NCBI GenBank assembly: GCA_964399955.1
Contig: CAYNST010000006.1
Span: forward strand, 7,103 to 59,557
DNA from: an uncultured Cellvibrionaceae bacterium
GTDB taxonomy: Bacteria; Pseudomonadota; Gammaproteobacteria; Pseudomonadales; Cellvibrionaceae
Reading direction: 5' to 3'
DNA: 52,455 nt
Shown here: positions 8,925 to 18,287 of the stretch, one piece after another
Layout of the letters: the number at the start of each line of letters is the position of its first letter
How positions within the stretch are numbered: the stretch's first letter is position 1
The notes under the pieces: model-generated
Database searches by the model: none
Told to the model about the DNA's origin: nothing
What the model saw: the letters and a program-made list of their open reading frames with translations, nothing else
Program-made: the position numbers and the translations under genes

Positions 8925-11900
8925 ATGGCGGTGATTGATCCAGACAGCACTCAGGTTGACCAGGCCGTTGCCGAGGGCGGTGCCTATGAGGTTATCACCA
9001 AGCGCTTGACCGAGCAGGGCACTGCGCTCAGAGCCTGCGCCGCCGCCCTGAACCAGGCGCGGCAGCAGGAGTTTGGCAGCTCGGAGATGGCCGTGATTGC
9101 CCGGGTGCGGGTGCGCACCGAGAACAACTGCTCGCCCCGGGATATAGTGCAGGTGGGCGAGCACCTGCTGTTTGGCTACAACGTATTCATCGGGCTTAAA
9201 TCCGAAACAGAAGTGGCGGATGTTCTGGCGCTGTTCAAGTTGCAGGTGCAGGGCGACGAAACGGACATTTTGCCCGTGCCGCAAGCGGATACCTTTTTAG
9301 ACGAGCCCCAGTTCGTCAAGGATTTTCAGGAACTTTACCGCTACTACAAACAAACCCGTCTGCTGCAGTTGAGAGTAAAAGACGGCAAATTGCTGGCGGC
9401 ATTCCAGATTGGCGAGCGGCTCACGGACACCCGCGTGTTTCGCTGGAGCATTTCCGCCGACGGCAAGGTCATTCGCTACATCGACAACCGAGGCGAGCGG
9501 GATATTCAACTGCCATCCGCCTTTGATTTTGAATGGCATAAAACCAGTCGCGATCAGGTCGTCAACGGCAAACATCCGCATGTCAATATCCTTGACGAGC
9601 TGTTTGTTGAAACGGTAGGCGGAGATCTGACTGTCAAGGTAGAAAACAATACCGCCTCCGGCCGCGGTATTTACCATGAGCCGGTGGACGACGCCACTCA
9701 GTCCATTGACGACGCCGAATTCCATTACGCTGAAGTAGGCAGTCTGATTCTGTTGAAGATACTGCCTTACCGCGAAACCGCCTGGCGCTATCTGGTGTTC
9801 AACAAACTTACTCAGGAAGTGCGGCGCATAGACGCCATTGGCTCTTCCTGTGTGCAGCTGCCCGAGGATCACGGCATTGTCTTCCCCGGTGGTTATTACC
9901 TGCAGACCGGCCAGTACAAAACCTTTGATGAGTCCAGCGCCGAGATGCTGTTCAAGCGGGTCATCCGCTCGCCTAACGGCGAGGACGTACTTTACGTATT
10001 TTATGAGCCAACCAGCGGCACGGTAGGTCTGTTTGCCTACAACCTGATCAAAAAAAACCTGCAAAACCCGCTGTATGGTGACGGCTACGCCCTGGCGGAC
10101 GATGGCACGCTGGTTATTTTTGTGGCCCAGGAAGAACCCACCCGGGTGCACCCGATGCAGGTTTGGCGCACACCGTTCTGCAGCGATGAATTTGCCAGTC
10201 TGGAGCCGCCCAGGCAAAACTTTTTTGGCCGTATCGGCAATGCCGAGCTGGTGCGGGGAATCTCTGACCTGTACGCGGTGGGCCGCATAATCGACAATCA
10301 GTCGGTGACCCTGCGCCTCTACGAAGAATTGCAGCGCGTGGCGCTGAAGGTGTTTGACGATCACTATTGGATAGAGGCAGAAGAAACCGCCGATGCTCCC
10401 GGTTTATTAAGAACCATCGCTCAAACCGCTGAGCTGGCCATCGACGAATTTGAAAAAGTACAAAGCATCCGCCAGCAGTCGCAGCGTGCGCTGGACGCGG
10501 CCAGCACCGAGCAGGGCCTGCTGCTTGACAGTGTCCGCGCTGCCGGCTGGGATACGGCCGAGGAGTATGTACTGGCTCTTGACCGCATCCGCAACCAGCG
10601 CGGTCACCTGGCAACCATCAGACAATACCGCTACATCAATACCAGCAAAATTGACGCACTGGATGCTGTATTGCTGGAGGCCCAGCATCACCTGAGTGCG
10701 CGTACGCTGGAGTTTCTGTCTGACGAGCAGGCGCTCTTGCCCTATCTGGAAAAAATCGAGTACTTCAATCAGGCCATCGCCGCCACGGAGACGGTTGCAG
10801 AGCTTTTGCCTTTGAAGGAGGAAATACAGTTAACCGCCGGCGGCCTTGATCTGCTGTCAGAACTGTTGTCCACCTTGAAAGCGGGGGATGCCACCGAGCG
10901 CACCCGAATCATCGATGCCATCTCCGAAGTTTACGCCCGGCTCAATCAAAGCAAGGCGCAGGCCCAGCACCGGCAGAACCAAATGGGCTCGCGCGAAGCC
11001 GTGGCCCAGTTCTCTGCCCAGTTCAAATTGTTTTCCCAAAGCATCACTAACGCTTTGGGCCAGGCCAATACGCCCGAGGCCTGCGATGAGCAAATGTCAC
11101 GTTTGCTGATTCAGCTTGAGGAGCTGGAAGGCCAGTTTGCCGACCACGAACAATTCCTAAGCGACATAGTTACCAAACGCGAAGAAGTGTTTGACGTGTT
11201 TGAGGCGCACAAGCAGCGGCTGCTGGACGAGCGCGGTCGGCGGGCGCAGGCCATTTTTGACGCCGGGCAGCGGGTACTGGGCAGCATTGAGCGCCGCTCG
11301 CAAAAATTCATCGAGCCGGACCCGCTCAACACTTTTTTTGCCGCCGACCCTCTGGTGCTGAAGATCCGCGAGTTTGTGGAGCAATTGCACCAGTTGGACA
11401 ACAGCGTCAAGGCCGACGACTTGGATGCGCGCCTGAAAGGGCTGCGCGACCAAGCCTCCCGCGCGCTGCGAGACAAGCGCGAGCTGTTTGAAGAGGGCGG
11501 TGCGGTGGCCCGCCTGGGGCCGCGCCACCGCTTCAACGTCAACACCCAGGAGCTGGATCTTACCTTGCTGGCCCGCAACGGCCAGTTGGTTTATCACCTC
11601 ACCGGCACCCAATATTATCAACCGGTTGACGAGCCGGAGCTGGAACGGCTGAAACCCTTCTGGAGTGTTGCCCTGGCGTCCGAAAGCGCGGAGGTTTACC
11701 GCGCCGAGTTTCTGGCCGATGAAATACTGCACGCCGCCCGGGCGCAGCGCGACGGCCTGAGCCTGGACGGCTTGCACCAGGCCCTGTTGCAGGGCGCGCA
11801 ACTGGACAAACTGGTCCGCGATTTTGCTGCGCCGCGATATCAGGAGGGGTATGAAAAAGGCATTCACGACCACGATGCCGCGCTTATTCTGAAGGCGCTT

Positions 11901-14180
11901 CTGCCCGCGTTGCAGCAAGTGGACCTGCTGCGCTTTGAGCCGGCTGCCCGCGCTTTGGCGCAGGTGTTCTGGTGCGCAATCAGCGGCCCCGCAGCAGCAC
12001 CGTCCGGCAGTTGGCTGGAGCGGGCACAATCCGCTTTGGAGTTAAAGGGCATGTTTGGCGATGCTGCGGCGGCGGACGGCCTGGCCCAGGAGATAGACAC
12101 GACGCTACAGGTTTTTTTGGATCAACACCCGCTACCGGTGCAAGCGGCGGAGATACAGCAGGCGGCGGCCTATCTGGTGGAGGAGTTGGGCCGTGAGCAG
12201 CTGGAGTTTGTGAGCAGTCACTATGCGCAGGAGCTTGCGGATACGCTGGTCTCGTCTGTAGGCGCAACCCGCTGGCGGCGTTTGCAGGCGACGCTTGAGT
12301 CACTGGAGTCCTCACCCGCGCTCGCCTGGCAGCTCTGCAGCAACTGGCTGCAGGGACTGGTGCAGAACAAAGGCCTGCAGCAGCTTGCGCGCTACCTTCC
12401 CGAGGCGTGTGCCTTACTCACTACCGGGCCGCGTCTATCCCGCCGCGCAACAGAGGTGGACCTGGATCTTACTATCAGTGGACTGATGGGGCAGCACGCC
12501 ACGCTTGCGGATCAACAGTTGCGCATCTCCGTTGACGGCTTCCTGGCCCGCCTGCAACGCCACAGGCAGGAGTTTGTGCCGGCTTACAAACACTACCTGC
12601 AATTGCGCCACGAACTGCTTGAGCGCCAGCGCAGGGCGTTGAGGCTGCACGAGTTCAAGGCTCGCCCTCTCAGCTCCTTTGTGCGCAACCGGCTGATCAA
12701 CGAGGCCTATTTGCCCATCATTGGCGACAACTTCGCCAAGCAGATGGGCACGGCCGGTGAGACCAAGCGCTCGGACCTGATGGGACTGCTGATGCTGATC
12801 TCGCCGCCCGGCTACGGCAAAACCACGCTGATGGAATACGTCGCGCACCGCTTGGGCCTGATTTTCATGAAAATCAACTGCCCCTCGCTGGGCCACGAGG
12901 TGACCTCCCTCGACCCGGCCAAAGCGCCCAACAGCACGGCGCAACAGGAGTTGATCAAGCTGAACCTGGCGCTGGAGATGGGCGACAACGTGATGCTTTA
13001 CCTGGACGACATTCAGCACACGGATCCAGAGTTCCTGCAGAAGTTTATCTCACTGTGTGACGGCACCCGGCGCATAGAAGGCGTGTGGCAGGGGCAGAGT
13101 AAAACCTACGACCTGCGTGGCAGAAAGTTCTGCGTGGTCATGGCGGGCAACCCCTATACCGAGTCTGGCGCTGTATTCAAGATTCCGGACATGCTGGCCA
13201 ACCGTGCCGATATCTACAACCTGGGCGATATCCTGGGCGGCATGGAAGAGCCCTTTGCCTTGAGCTACATCGAAAACGGTCTCACCTCCAACGCCGTGCT
13301 GGCACCGCTGGCAACGCGGGACATTGAAGACGTCTACCGGTTTGTGAAAATGGCGCAGGGTGAATCTGTCGCCACCACGGATATGAGCCACGCTTACTCC
13401 AGTGCGGAGGCGAGTGAAATTGTCGGCGTTCTGCAAAAGCTGTTTGCCATTCGCGATGTGGTGCTCAAGGTCAACCAGCAGTATATTCAGTCCGCAGCTC
13501 AGGCGGACCGCTACCGCGTAGAGCCGCCCTTCCGCCTGCAGGGCAGCTACCGCAACATGAACAAGATGGCAGAGAAGGTGCAGGCGGTGATGAACGCGGC
13601 AGAGCTTGAGCAGTTAATTGCCGACCACTATGTGGGCGAAGCGCAGCTTCTGACCACCGGTGCGGAAGAAAACCTGCTGAAGCTGGGTGAGCTGCGCGGC
13701 AGCCTAAGCCAGCAGCAACAGGCGCGCTGGCAGCAAATTAAAGCCGATTTTTTACGCAACAAAGCCATGGGTGGGGACGAGGGCGATGCCGGCCAAAAAA
13801 TAGCCGCGCAGCTGACAGATCTGGTCGCGGGCCTGCAGCACCTTGCAACAAGTGCGGCCAGTTGGACGCAATCCAAAGACCGTACAGAACAGAATCAGGC
13901 CAGTATGCTCACGCAGTTGAAGCAGATTGTTGACGCCGCCCGGCCAGAGGTCAAGGTCATCAACCAGCCGGTTCCCGGGCTGGACACCTTGCTGCAGAAG
14001 CTCACCGACTCCATTGAAAACAGTCTGTACCCCATTGTGCGCAGCATGGACAAAAAGCTGGAGATAGACCTGCGCACCCATTACAAAATGAAAGATATCT
14101 CCCAGCAGTTGGCGGATATCGAACAAAAAATTCAACAGGAACTGGCCGAGCAACGTAGGACTCCACCTGAGGCAAACTGA
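8925..14180 (+). CDS. giant (1751 aa) protein with a C-terminal AAA_5 (MoxR/dynein-related) ATPase domain; function unknown
   Basis: Single uninterrupted ORF with an AAGGGA ribosome-binding site. Walker A LISPPGYGKTTL (~nt 12800), Walker B VMLYLDDIQH (~12996) and VVMAGNPYTESG...ANRADIY (~13140) match the AAA_5 pattern (hhhDEIN / hhh-NP). The N-terminal ~450 aa is non-repetitive. The central ~800 aa is Leu/Gln/Ala/Arg-rich and predicted helical. Confidence 0.85.
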   Translation: MAVIDPDSTQVDQAVAEGGAYEVITKRLTEQGTALRACAAALNQARQQEFGSSEMAVIARVRVRTENNCSPRDIVQVGEHLLFGYNVFIGLKSETEVADVLALFKLQVQGDETDILPVPQADTFLDEPQFVKDFQELYRYYKQTRLLQLRVKDGKLLAAFQIGERLTDTRVFRWSISADGKVIRYIDNRGERDIQLPSAFDFEWHKTSRDQVVNGKHPHVNILDELFVETVGGDLTVKVENNTASGRGIYHEPVDDATQSIDDAEFHYAEVGSLILLKILPYRETAWRYLVFNKLTQEVRRIDAIGSSCVQLPEDHGIVFPGGYYLQTGQYKTFDESSAEMLFKRVIRSPNGEDVLYVFYEPTSGTVGLFAYNLIKKNLQNPLYGDGYALADDGTLVIFVAQEEPTRVHPMQVWRTPFCSDEFASLEPPRQNFFGRIGNAELVRGISDLYAVGRIIDNQSVTLRLYEELQRVALKVFDDHYWIEAEETADAPGLLRTIAQTAELAIDEFEKVQSIRQQSQRALDAASTEQGLLLDSVRAAGWDTAEEYVLALDRIRNQRGHLATIRQYRYINTSKIDALDAVLLEAQHHLSARTLEFLSDEQALLPYLEKIEYFNQAIAATETVAELLPLKEEIQLTAGGLDLLSELLSTLKAGDATERTRIIDAISEVYARLNQSKAQAQHRQNQMGSREAVAQFSAQFKLFSQSITNALGQANTPEACDEQMSRLLIQLEELEGQFADHEQFLSDIVTKREEVFDVFEAHKQRLLDERGRRAQAIFDAGQRVLGSIERRSQKFIEPDPLNTFFAADPLVLKIREFVEQLHQLDNSVKADDLDARLKGLRDQASRALRDKRELFEEGGAVARLGPRHRFNVNTQELDLTLLARNGQLVYHLTGTQYYQPVDEPELERLKPFWSVALASESAEVYRAEFLADEILHAARAQRDGLSLDGLHQALLQGAQLDKLVRDFAAPRYQEGYEKGIHDHDAALILKALLPALQQVDLLRFEPAARALAQVFWCAISGPAAAPSGSWLERAQSALELKGMFGDAAAADGLAQEIDTTLQVFLDQHPLPVQAAEIQQAAAYLVEELGREQLEFVSSHYAQELADTLVSSVGATRWRRLQATLESLESSPALAWQLCSNWLQGLVQNKGLQQLARYLPEACALLTTGPRLSRRATEVDLDLTISGLMGQHATLADQQLRISVDGFLARLQRHRQEFVPAYKHYLQLRHELLERQRRALRLHEFKARPLSSFVRNRLINEAYLPIIGDNFAKQMGTAGETKRSDLMGLLMLISPPGYGKTTLMEYVAHRLGLIFMKINCPSLGHEVTSLDPAKAPNSTAQQELIKLNLALEMGDNVMLYLDDIQHTDPEFLQKFISLCDGTRRIEGVWQGQSKTYDLRGRKFCVVMAGNPYTESGAVFKIPDMLANRADIYNLGDILGGMEEPFALSYIENGLTSNAVLAPLATRDIEDVYRFVKMAQGESVATTDMSHAYSSAEASEIVGVLQKLFAIRDVVLKVNQQYIQSAAQADRYRVEPPFRLQGSYRNMNKMAEKVQAVMNAAELEQLIADHYVGEAQLLTTGAEENLLKLGELRGSLSQQQQARWQQIKADFLRNKAMGGDEGDAGQKIAAQLTDLVAGLQHLATSAASWTQSKDRTEQNQASMLTQLKQIVDAARPEVKVINQPVPGLDTLLQKLTDSIENSLYPIVRSMDKKLEIDLRTHYKMKDISQQLADIEQKIQQELAEQRRTPPEAN

Positions 14181-14219
14181 ATAATCACACCGAAACCTGA
14201 CCGAGGACGGCCCCGAGTT

Positions 14220-14780
14220 ATGAAGCAAGTTCGCCGCAGTGGCATTAGGTTGATTTTGTATCTGCTCGGACTGATGGTGGTTGTGCACATTGTCAACATC
14301 CTGAGCGGCGGCACCCTGGTCCAACTGGGCATACTGCCGCGCGACCCCTCCAGCCTGGTGTTCATCTTCACCGCACCCTTCATCCACGCCAACTGGATGC
14401 ATCTGCTCAACAATTTGTTGGGGTTGGCGGTGTTCAGCGGCTTTTGTCTGCTGAAGGGGGTGCAGTTCTACCTGCGCTCCAGTTTGTTCATCATTGCAGC
14501 AAGTGGGCTGTTGCTGTGGCTGTTTGGCCGGGCGGGCCTGCACGTGGGCGCCAGCGGCTGGATCTTTGGCCTGTGGAGCCTGACCATTGCTCTGGCGGTA
14601 TTCGAGCGCAGTCTGCTGAACATTGTTGTGGCTTTGGTGGTGGTGATCTTCTACGGCGGCATGGCCTTCGGCATGATGCCGAGCAACCCACTGGTGTCTT
14701 TTGAAGGGCATATCTTTGGTGCGCTGGCCGGAGTGGTAGCAGCGGCTTATTACGGCAGGCGTCGCAGGCCCAGGCGCTGA
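14220..14780 (+). CDS. rhomboid family intramembrane serine protease
   Basis: Six TM segments; HANWMHLLNNL, the catalytic GASGWIFGL (GxSG) and the downstream FEGHIFGALAG His motif. Lies 39 nt after the giant ORF on the same strand. Confidence 0.8.
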   Translation: MKQVRRSGIRLILYLLGLMVVVHIVNILSGGTLVQLGILPRDPSSLVFIFTAPFIHANWMHLLNNLLGLAVFSGFCLLKGVQFYLRSSLFIIAASGLLLWLFGRAGLHVGASGWIFGLWSLTIALAVFERSLLNIVVALVVVIFYGGMAFGMMPSNPLVSFEGHIFGALAGVVAAAYYGRRRRPRR

Positions 14781-14804
14781 AACTGTCGTAACTGTCGGGG
14801 GGGG

Positions 14805-14830
14805 GGCAAGGCGGGGCGGCCCGCCTTGCC
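14805..14830. terminator. bidirectional hairpin terminator (11-bp perfect GC stem ggcaaggcggg/cccgccttgcc, 4-nt loop), preceded by a G10 tract at 14797-14806
   Basis: Lies between the convergent rhomboid gene (stop 14780) and a minus-strand small gene (stop 14837). Confidence 0.55.
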
Positions 14831-14836
14831 AGTGTA

Positions 14837-15040
14837 CTACTCGGCCTGTTCGGCTTCGCTGGTTTCTTCCACGGCTTCTGGCGCTGGCTTGGGTTCGGGC
14901 TGCTTCAGCAGTCCTTCTGCCTTCAGTACTTCAACTTTCTTCTCACCGTTGACCGGCTTCTTCTTGGCGTCTTTGACTGCGTAACGGCCATCTTCACGTT
15001 TGAAGATGCTGTACTCGGCAGTTTGTTTGATCTTCTTCAT
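14837..15040 (-). CDS. small Lys/Glu-rich basic protein (hypothetical, 67 aa)
   Basis: AAGGAAAGG ribosome-binding site upstream on the minus strand. MKKIKQTAEYSIFKREDGRYAVKDAKKKPVNGEKK... has protein-like composition. Divergent from hcp. Confidence 0.5.
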   Translation of the reverse strand: MKKIKQTAEYSIFKREDGRYAVKDAKKKPVNGEKKVEVLKAEGLLKQPEPKPAPEAVEETSEAEQAE

Positions 15041-15369
15041 GTGCCTTTCCTTGTGTGTGGGGATAATGGGTACGCCTCTTTGGGCGCCCGGCAGTTTACG
15101 AGTGACGCGGGCAAAAATCCAGAACTTAGCTTACTAATTGTACAATCCGGCAGATTTTTCTTGATCGGGCGTTTGGCTTACAAAACTTGAGGTGAATAGC
15201 TGCAGTTTCGATATTGCAAAACGGTCCGCTTTCACTTATCGTTGCCTGGCCGTTCGGGAACGCCGAAGGGTCTCGCTGAAAGGGCTTTTAGCGAGTATGT
15301 CCTGTCGATACCATCCAGATGGTCATACACCGGAAGCCCGTCAGAACACAAATACTAAGGAGCGATCAA

Positions 15370-15852
15370 ATGGCTATTTATATTGAATACGCAGGTATAC
15401 AAGGAAACGTAACTGCAACCGGTTTTGCGAATCACATCAAAGTCATGTCTGTTCATTTTGGTGTAGGCCGCGGCATCTCCATGGAAGCTGGCAACATGGC
15501 CAACCGTGAAGCCACCCGTCCCAGCCTCAGCGAAATCACCTTCAGCAAGCTTGCTGATATCTCCTCAACCTCTCTGTTCAAAGAATCTGTAACCGGCGCC
15601 GCAGGCAAGCTGGTCAAGATCAAGTTTGTTCAGACTGGTGCAGAGCAGGTTGTGCAGTTCATGGACTACGAACTGGAAGATTGCCTGGTCAGTGGTTACT
15701 CCATCTCTGCCGACGGCGATGGTGACCCGATCGAGACCATCACCTTGAGCTTCGCCAAAATCATGGTTAACTACCACGACTACGACAAAGCCAACGCTGG
15801 CAAAAGCCCACAGCGCGTCGGTTACGATCTTACTGCTGCCAAACCTCTGTAG
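15370..15852 (+). CDS. hcp: type VI secretion tube protein Hcp (TssD)
   Basis: TAAGGAG ribosome-binding site 7 nt upstream. The 160-aa product aligns along its full length with Hcp1 of P. aeruginosa (MAIYIEYAGIQG..., ITFSKLADISST..., ETITLSFAKIMVNY). Immediately upstream of vgrG. Confidence 0.9.
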   Translation: MAIYIEYAGIQGNVTATGFANHIKVMSVHFGVGRGISMEAGNMANREATRPSLSEITFSKLADISSTSLFKESVTGAAGKLVKIKFVQTGAEQVVQFMDYELEDCLVSGYSISADGDGDPIETITLSFAKIMVNYHDYDKANAGKSPQRVGYDLTAAKPL

Positions 15853-15889
15853 TAGAACTTTTAAAGTCTGGGCGTTACGCCATTGGTTC

Positions 15890-15945
15890 GGCCTCACGGT
15901 TCCGCCAGTGGCTGTGTGCTGGCGCCAGCACACAGCTGTGAGGCC
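15890..15945 (+). promoter_or_regulatory. nested GC-rich stem-loop between hcp and vgrG (inner 12-bp gctgtgtgctgg/ccagcacacagc, outer 8-bp ggcctcac/gtgaggcc)
   Basis: Perfect inverted repeats read directly, 38 nt after the hcp stop. Candidate partial terminator or attenuator that would set the hcp:vgrG ratio. Confidence 0.45.
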
Positions 15946-16017
15946 AATACCAGAATTTGTAGAACCTCATGGATGAGCTGGGTGCCCTGTGCGCGGCTCT
16001 AGCAGGTAAGTGGTTGT

Positions 16018-17901
16018 ATGGGTCAGCTCACACAGGAACATCGCCTGATATCAGTTACCGACTTTGGCCTGGGCAAAGACACGTTTGTCATTACCGGTCT
16101 GGACGGCAGCGAGCACATCTCCGAACTCTTCGAGTTTCAGCTGGACCTCCTTTCTCCAGCACTGGCCATATCGCCGGATAAAGTGATTGGCAAGGCGGCA
16201 ACGGTCGTACTGCACACCCAGCAAGAGCGCGTCTTCCACGGCCTGGTCAAGTCTTTCGGTATCGGCGAGATGGGGCCGCACAATCACCGGCAGTACCGCC
16301 TAACCCTGGTGCCCTGGCTCTGGTTCTTGTCCAAGACGCAAAACTGTCGGGTGTTTCAGAAAAAGAACGTCAAGGAAATTGTCAGTCAAATCTTTGCCGA
16401 CCACAATTTCACCGATTTTGAATTCAAAGCAACCGGTGGGCAAAAGCGCGCATACTGCGTGCAGTACAATGAAAGCGATCTGCATTTTGTCAGTCGTTTA
16501 CTGGAAGAAGAAGGCATAGCCTATTTTTTCCAACACAGTCGCGACAAACACAACCTGATTCTGACGGACAAGTCCGAAACCTTCGAAGAAGTCCCGGAAA
16601 CCAACCTGGAGTTTTCCAAGGGCTCGGCACCCCACGCACAGATCACCGAGTGGCAGCGCCTGCACGAGTTTCGCAAAGGGCAGTGGACGCTTAACGACTA
16701 CGCCTACGAAGAGCCCAACAAAAACCTGCTGGCGCTGGAAAAAACCACCAGCCGTTTCCAAAACAATCAGCGCTTCGAGCACTACGAGTATCCCGGCCAC
16801 TACAGCAGCGCCGGGCGTGAGCGCGCCACAACCCGCCTGCAGGCAGAAGAAACCTTGCGCAACCGCGTGCGCGGCACCAGCGCATGCAGCAGCTTCTGTG
16901 CCGCCGGCCAGTTCCGCCTGGCCAAGCACGACACCGCAGCCGAACAGGGCAAATACGCGTTGGTGAGCGTGCATCACACCGCCACCGACAGCAGTTTTTA
17001 CAGCGGTGAGGCCGGCCAGAGTGGCTACAGTAATCGGTTTGTGTGCATTCCGGCCGACGTCACCTATCGGCCGGAGCCGCGACATCTGAAGCCGCAAATG
17101 CCCGGCCCACAATCTGCTGTTGTAGTCGGGCCCGCAGGAGAAGAGATCTATCTGGATGAGCTGGGCCGCATTAAGCTGCAGTTTCATTGGGACAGGGAAG
17201 GGCAAAAGAACGAGCACAGCTCCTGTTTTGTGCGGGTCATGCAGAGTTGGGCCGGCAATGGTTGGGGCAGTCACTTCATCCCGCGCATTGGTCATGAAGT
17301 AATTGTCAGCTTTCTGGACGGGGACCCGGACCGCCCACTGGTAACCGGCTCGGTCTACAACGGTAAAAACCGGCCGGCGGATTTCTCCAAATCGCAAAGC
17401 GGCATCAAGTCCCGCTCTACCAAGGGTGGCAACGCGCAGAACTTCAACCAACTGCGCTTTGATGACAAAAAAGGCGACGAAGAAATCTACCTGCACGCCG
17501 AAAAAAACCTGGCGCTGCACGTTGAAAACGACGAGACACGCACAGTAGAAAACGACCGCTTCAAAACGGTGCAGGGCAATCAGAGCGAAGAAGTCGGCAA
17601 AAACAAAAGCATTCGCGTGCAGGGCGAGCACAGCGAAGCCATCAGCAAGAACATGACCATTGTCATCGACAAAGACCTGTCGGAGACGGTGGGTGGGTCC
17701 TATACCGAAACGGTCGTCAAGGACTCCATGCATACGGCCAAAACCATTACCTTCAAGGCCGAGAAAGAAATAGTTCTGCAAACCGGCTCTGCCAAAATAG
17801 TTTTGAAAAACAATGGTGATATAACCATCAGCGGGAAAAACATATCCGTAAAAGGATCCGGCAACGTGGTCTTGAAAGGCAGCAAGGTCACCGCCAACTA
17901 A
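16018..17901 (+). CDS. vgrG: type VI secretion spike protein VgrG (TssI), short form without a C-terminal effector extension
   Basis: 627 aa. gp27-like N-terminus (FEFQLDLLS..., YRLTLVPWLWFLSKTQNCRVFQ), a gp5 OB-fold region and a C-terminal beta-helix of repeats (ETVGGSYTETVVKDSMHTAKTITFKAEKEIVLQTGSAKIVLK). Confidence 0.92.
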   Translation: MGQLTQEHRLISVTDFGLGKDTFVITGLDGSEHISELFEFQLDLLSPALAISPDKVIGKAATVVLHTQQERVFHGLVKSFGIGEMGPHNHRQYRLTLVPWLWFLSKTQNCRVFQKKNVKEIVSQIFADHNFTDFEFKATGGQKRAYCVQYNESDLHFVSRLLEEEGIAYFFQHSRDKHNLILTDKSETFEEVPETNLEFSKGSAPHAQITEWQRLHEFRKGQWTLNDYAYEEPNKNLLALEKTTSRFQNNQRFEHYEYPGHYSSAGRERATTRLQAEETLRNRVRGTSACSSFCAAGQFRLAKHDTAAEQGKYALVSVHHTATDSSFYSGEAGQSGYSNRFVCIPADVTYRPEPRHLKPQMPGPQSAVVVGPAGEEIYLDELGRIKLQFHWDREGQKNEHSSCFVRVMQSWAGNGWGSHFIPRIGHEVIVSFLDGDPDRPLVTGSVYNGKNRPADFSKSQSGIKSRSTKGGNAQNFNQLRFDDKKGDEEIYLHAEKNLALHVENDETRTVENDRFKTVQGNQSEEVGKNKSIRVQGEHSEAISKNMTIVIDKDLSETVGGSYTETVVKDSMHTAKTITFKAEKEIVLQTGSAKIVLKNNGDITISGKNISVKGSGNVVLKGSKVTAN

Positions 17902-17919
17902 AATCCGCTGCCCACCCAG

Positions 17920-17962
17920 CAACAGGCGCGCCGCTCACAGCTTGAGAGCGGCGCGCCTGTTG
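17920..17962 (+). terminator. 17-bp perfect GC-rich hairpin (caacaggcgcgccgctc / gagcggcgcgcctgttg, 9-nt loop) directly after vgrG
   Basis: Begins 19 nt after the vgrG stop. No U-tract follows. Confidence 0.45.
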
Positions 17963-18287
17963 CTGTTGAGTCACCGGTAGACCCGTGCTTGCGGGTAAAG
18001 CATGCCCGCACTGGATACACCGCCTCCTGGGCATGGGTGCCAAAAAAGACATTTGCGCGCGTGTTGGGCTTGTACTTTGTATCAATCGCACGTTTAATGA
18101 GCGCCTCGCGCGCCCCACGGCAGGGCTTCAGAGTGCCAGTGAAGTACAGCGGGGTGTGGGGCGACGGCTCACAGGCGGTCTGGGCGGCGCATATTCGCAG
18201 CCAACATGGCTGTTTACCCCAACCCGCCCCGGCCTTGGGCCACAACTTGCCAACGCGAGTTGCCAATCCAGTGTCAACAGCAAGTAG

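Noticed and set aside
9297-14711. Several 100-355-aa minus-strand ORFs inside the giant ORF and rhomboid gene
   Set aside because: They lie antisense to a continuous 5.3-kb coding frame that carries clear AAA_5 motifs. Their composition is shadow-like (Gln/Leu/Arg/Val runs).
15041-15369. Sigma-54 (-24 GG / -12 GC) promoter for hcp
   Set aside because: The candidates are TGGCTTACAAAACTTGA at 15173-15189, upstream of hcp, and TGGAGCATTACTTTCA at 35337-35352, upstream of tagH. Both have wrong spacing or lack the GC element. This cannot be asserted without a position-weight-matrix scan.
16498-17922. 474-aa minus-strand ORF antisense to vgrG
   Set aside because: vgrG identity on the plus strand is unambiguous. 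The antisense product is Gly/Val/Phe-rich junk.
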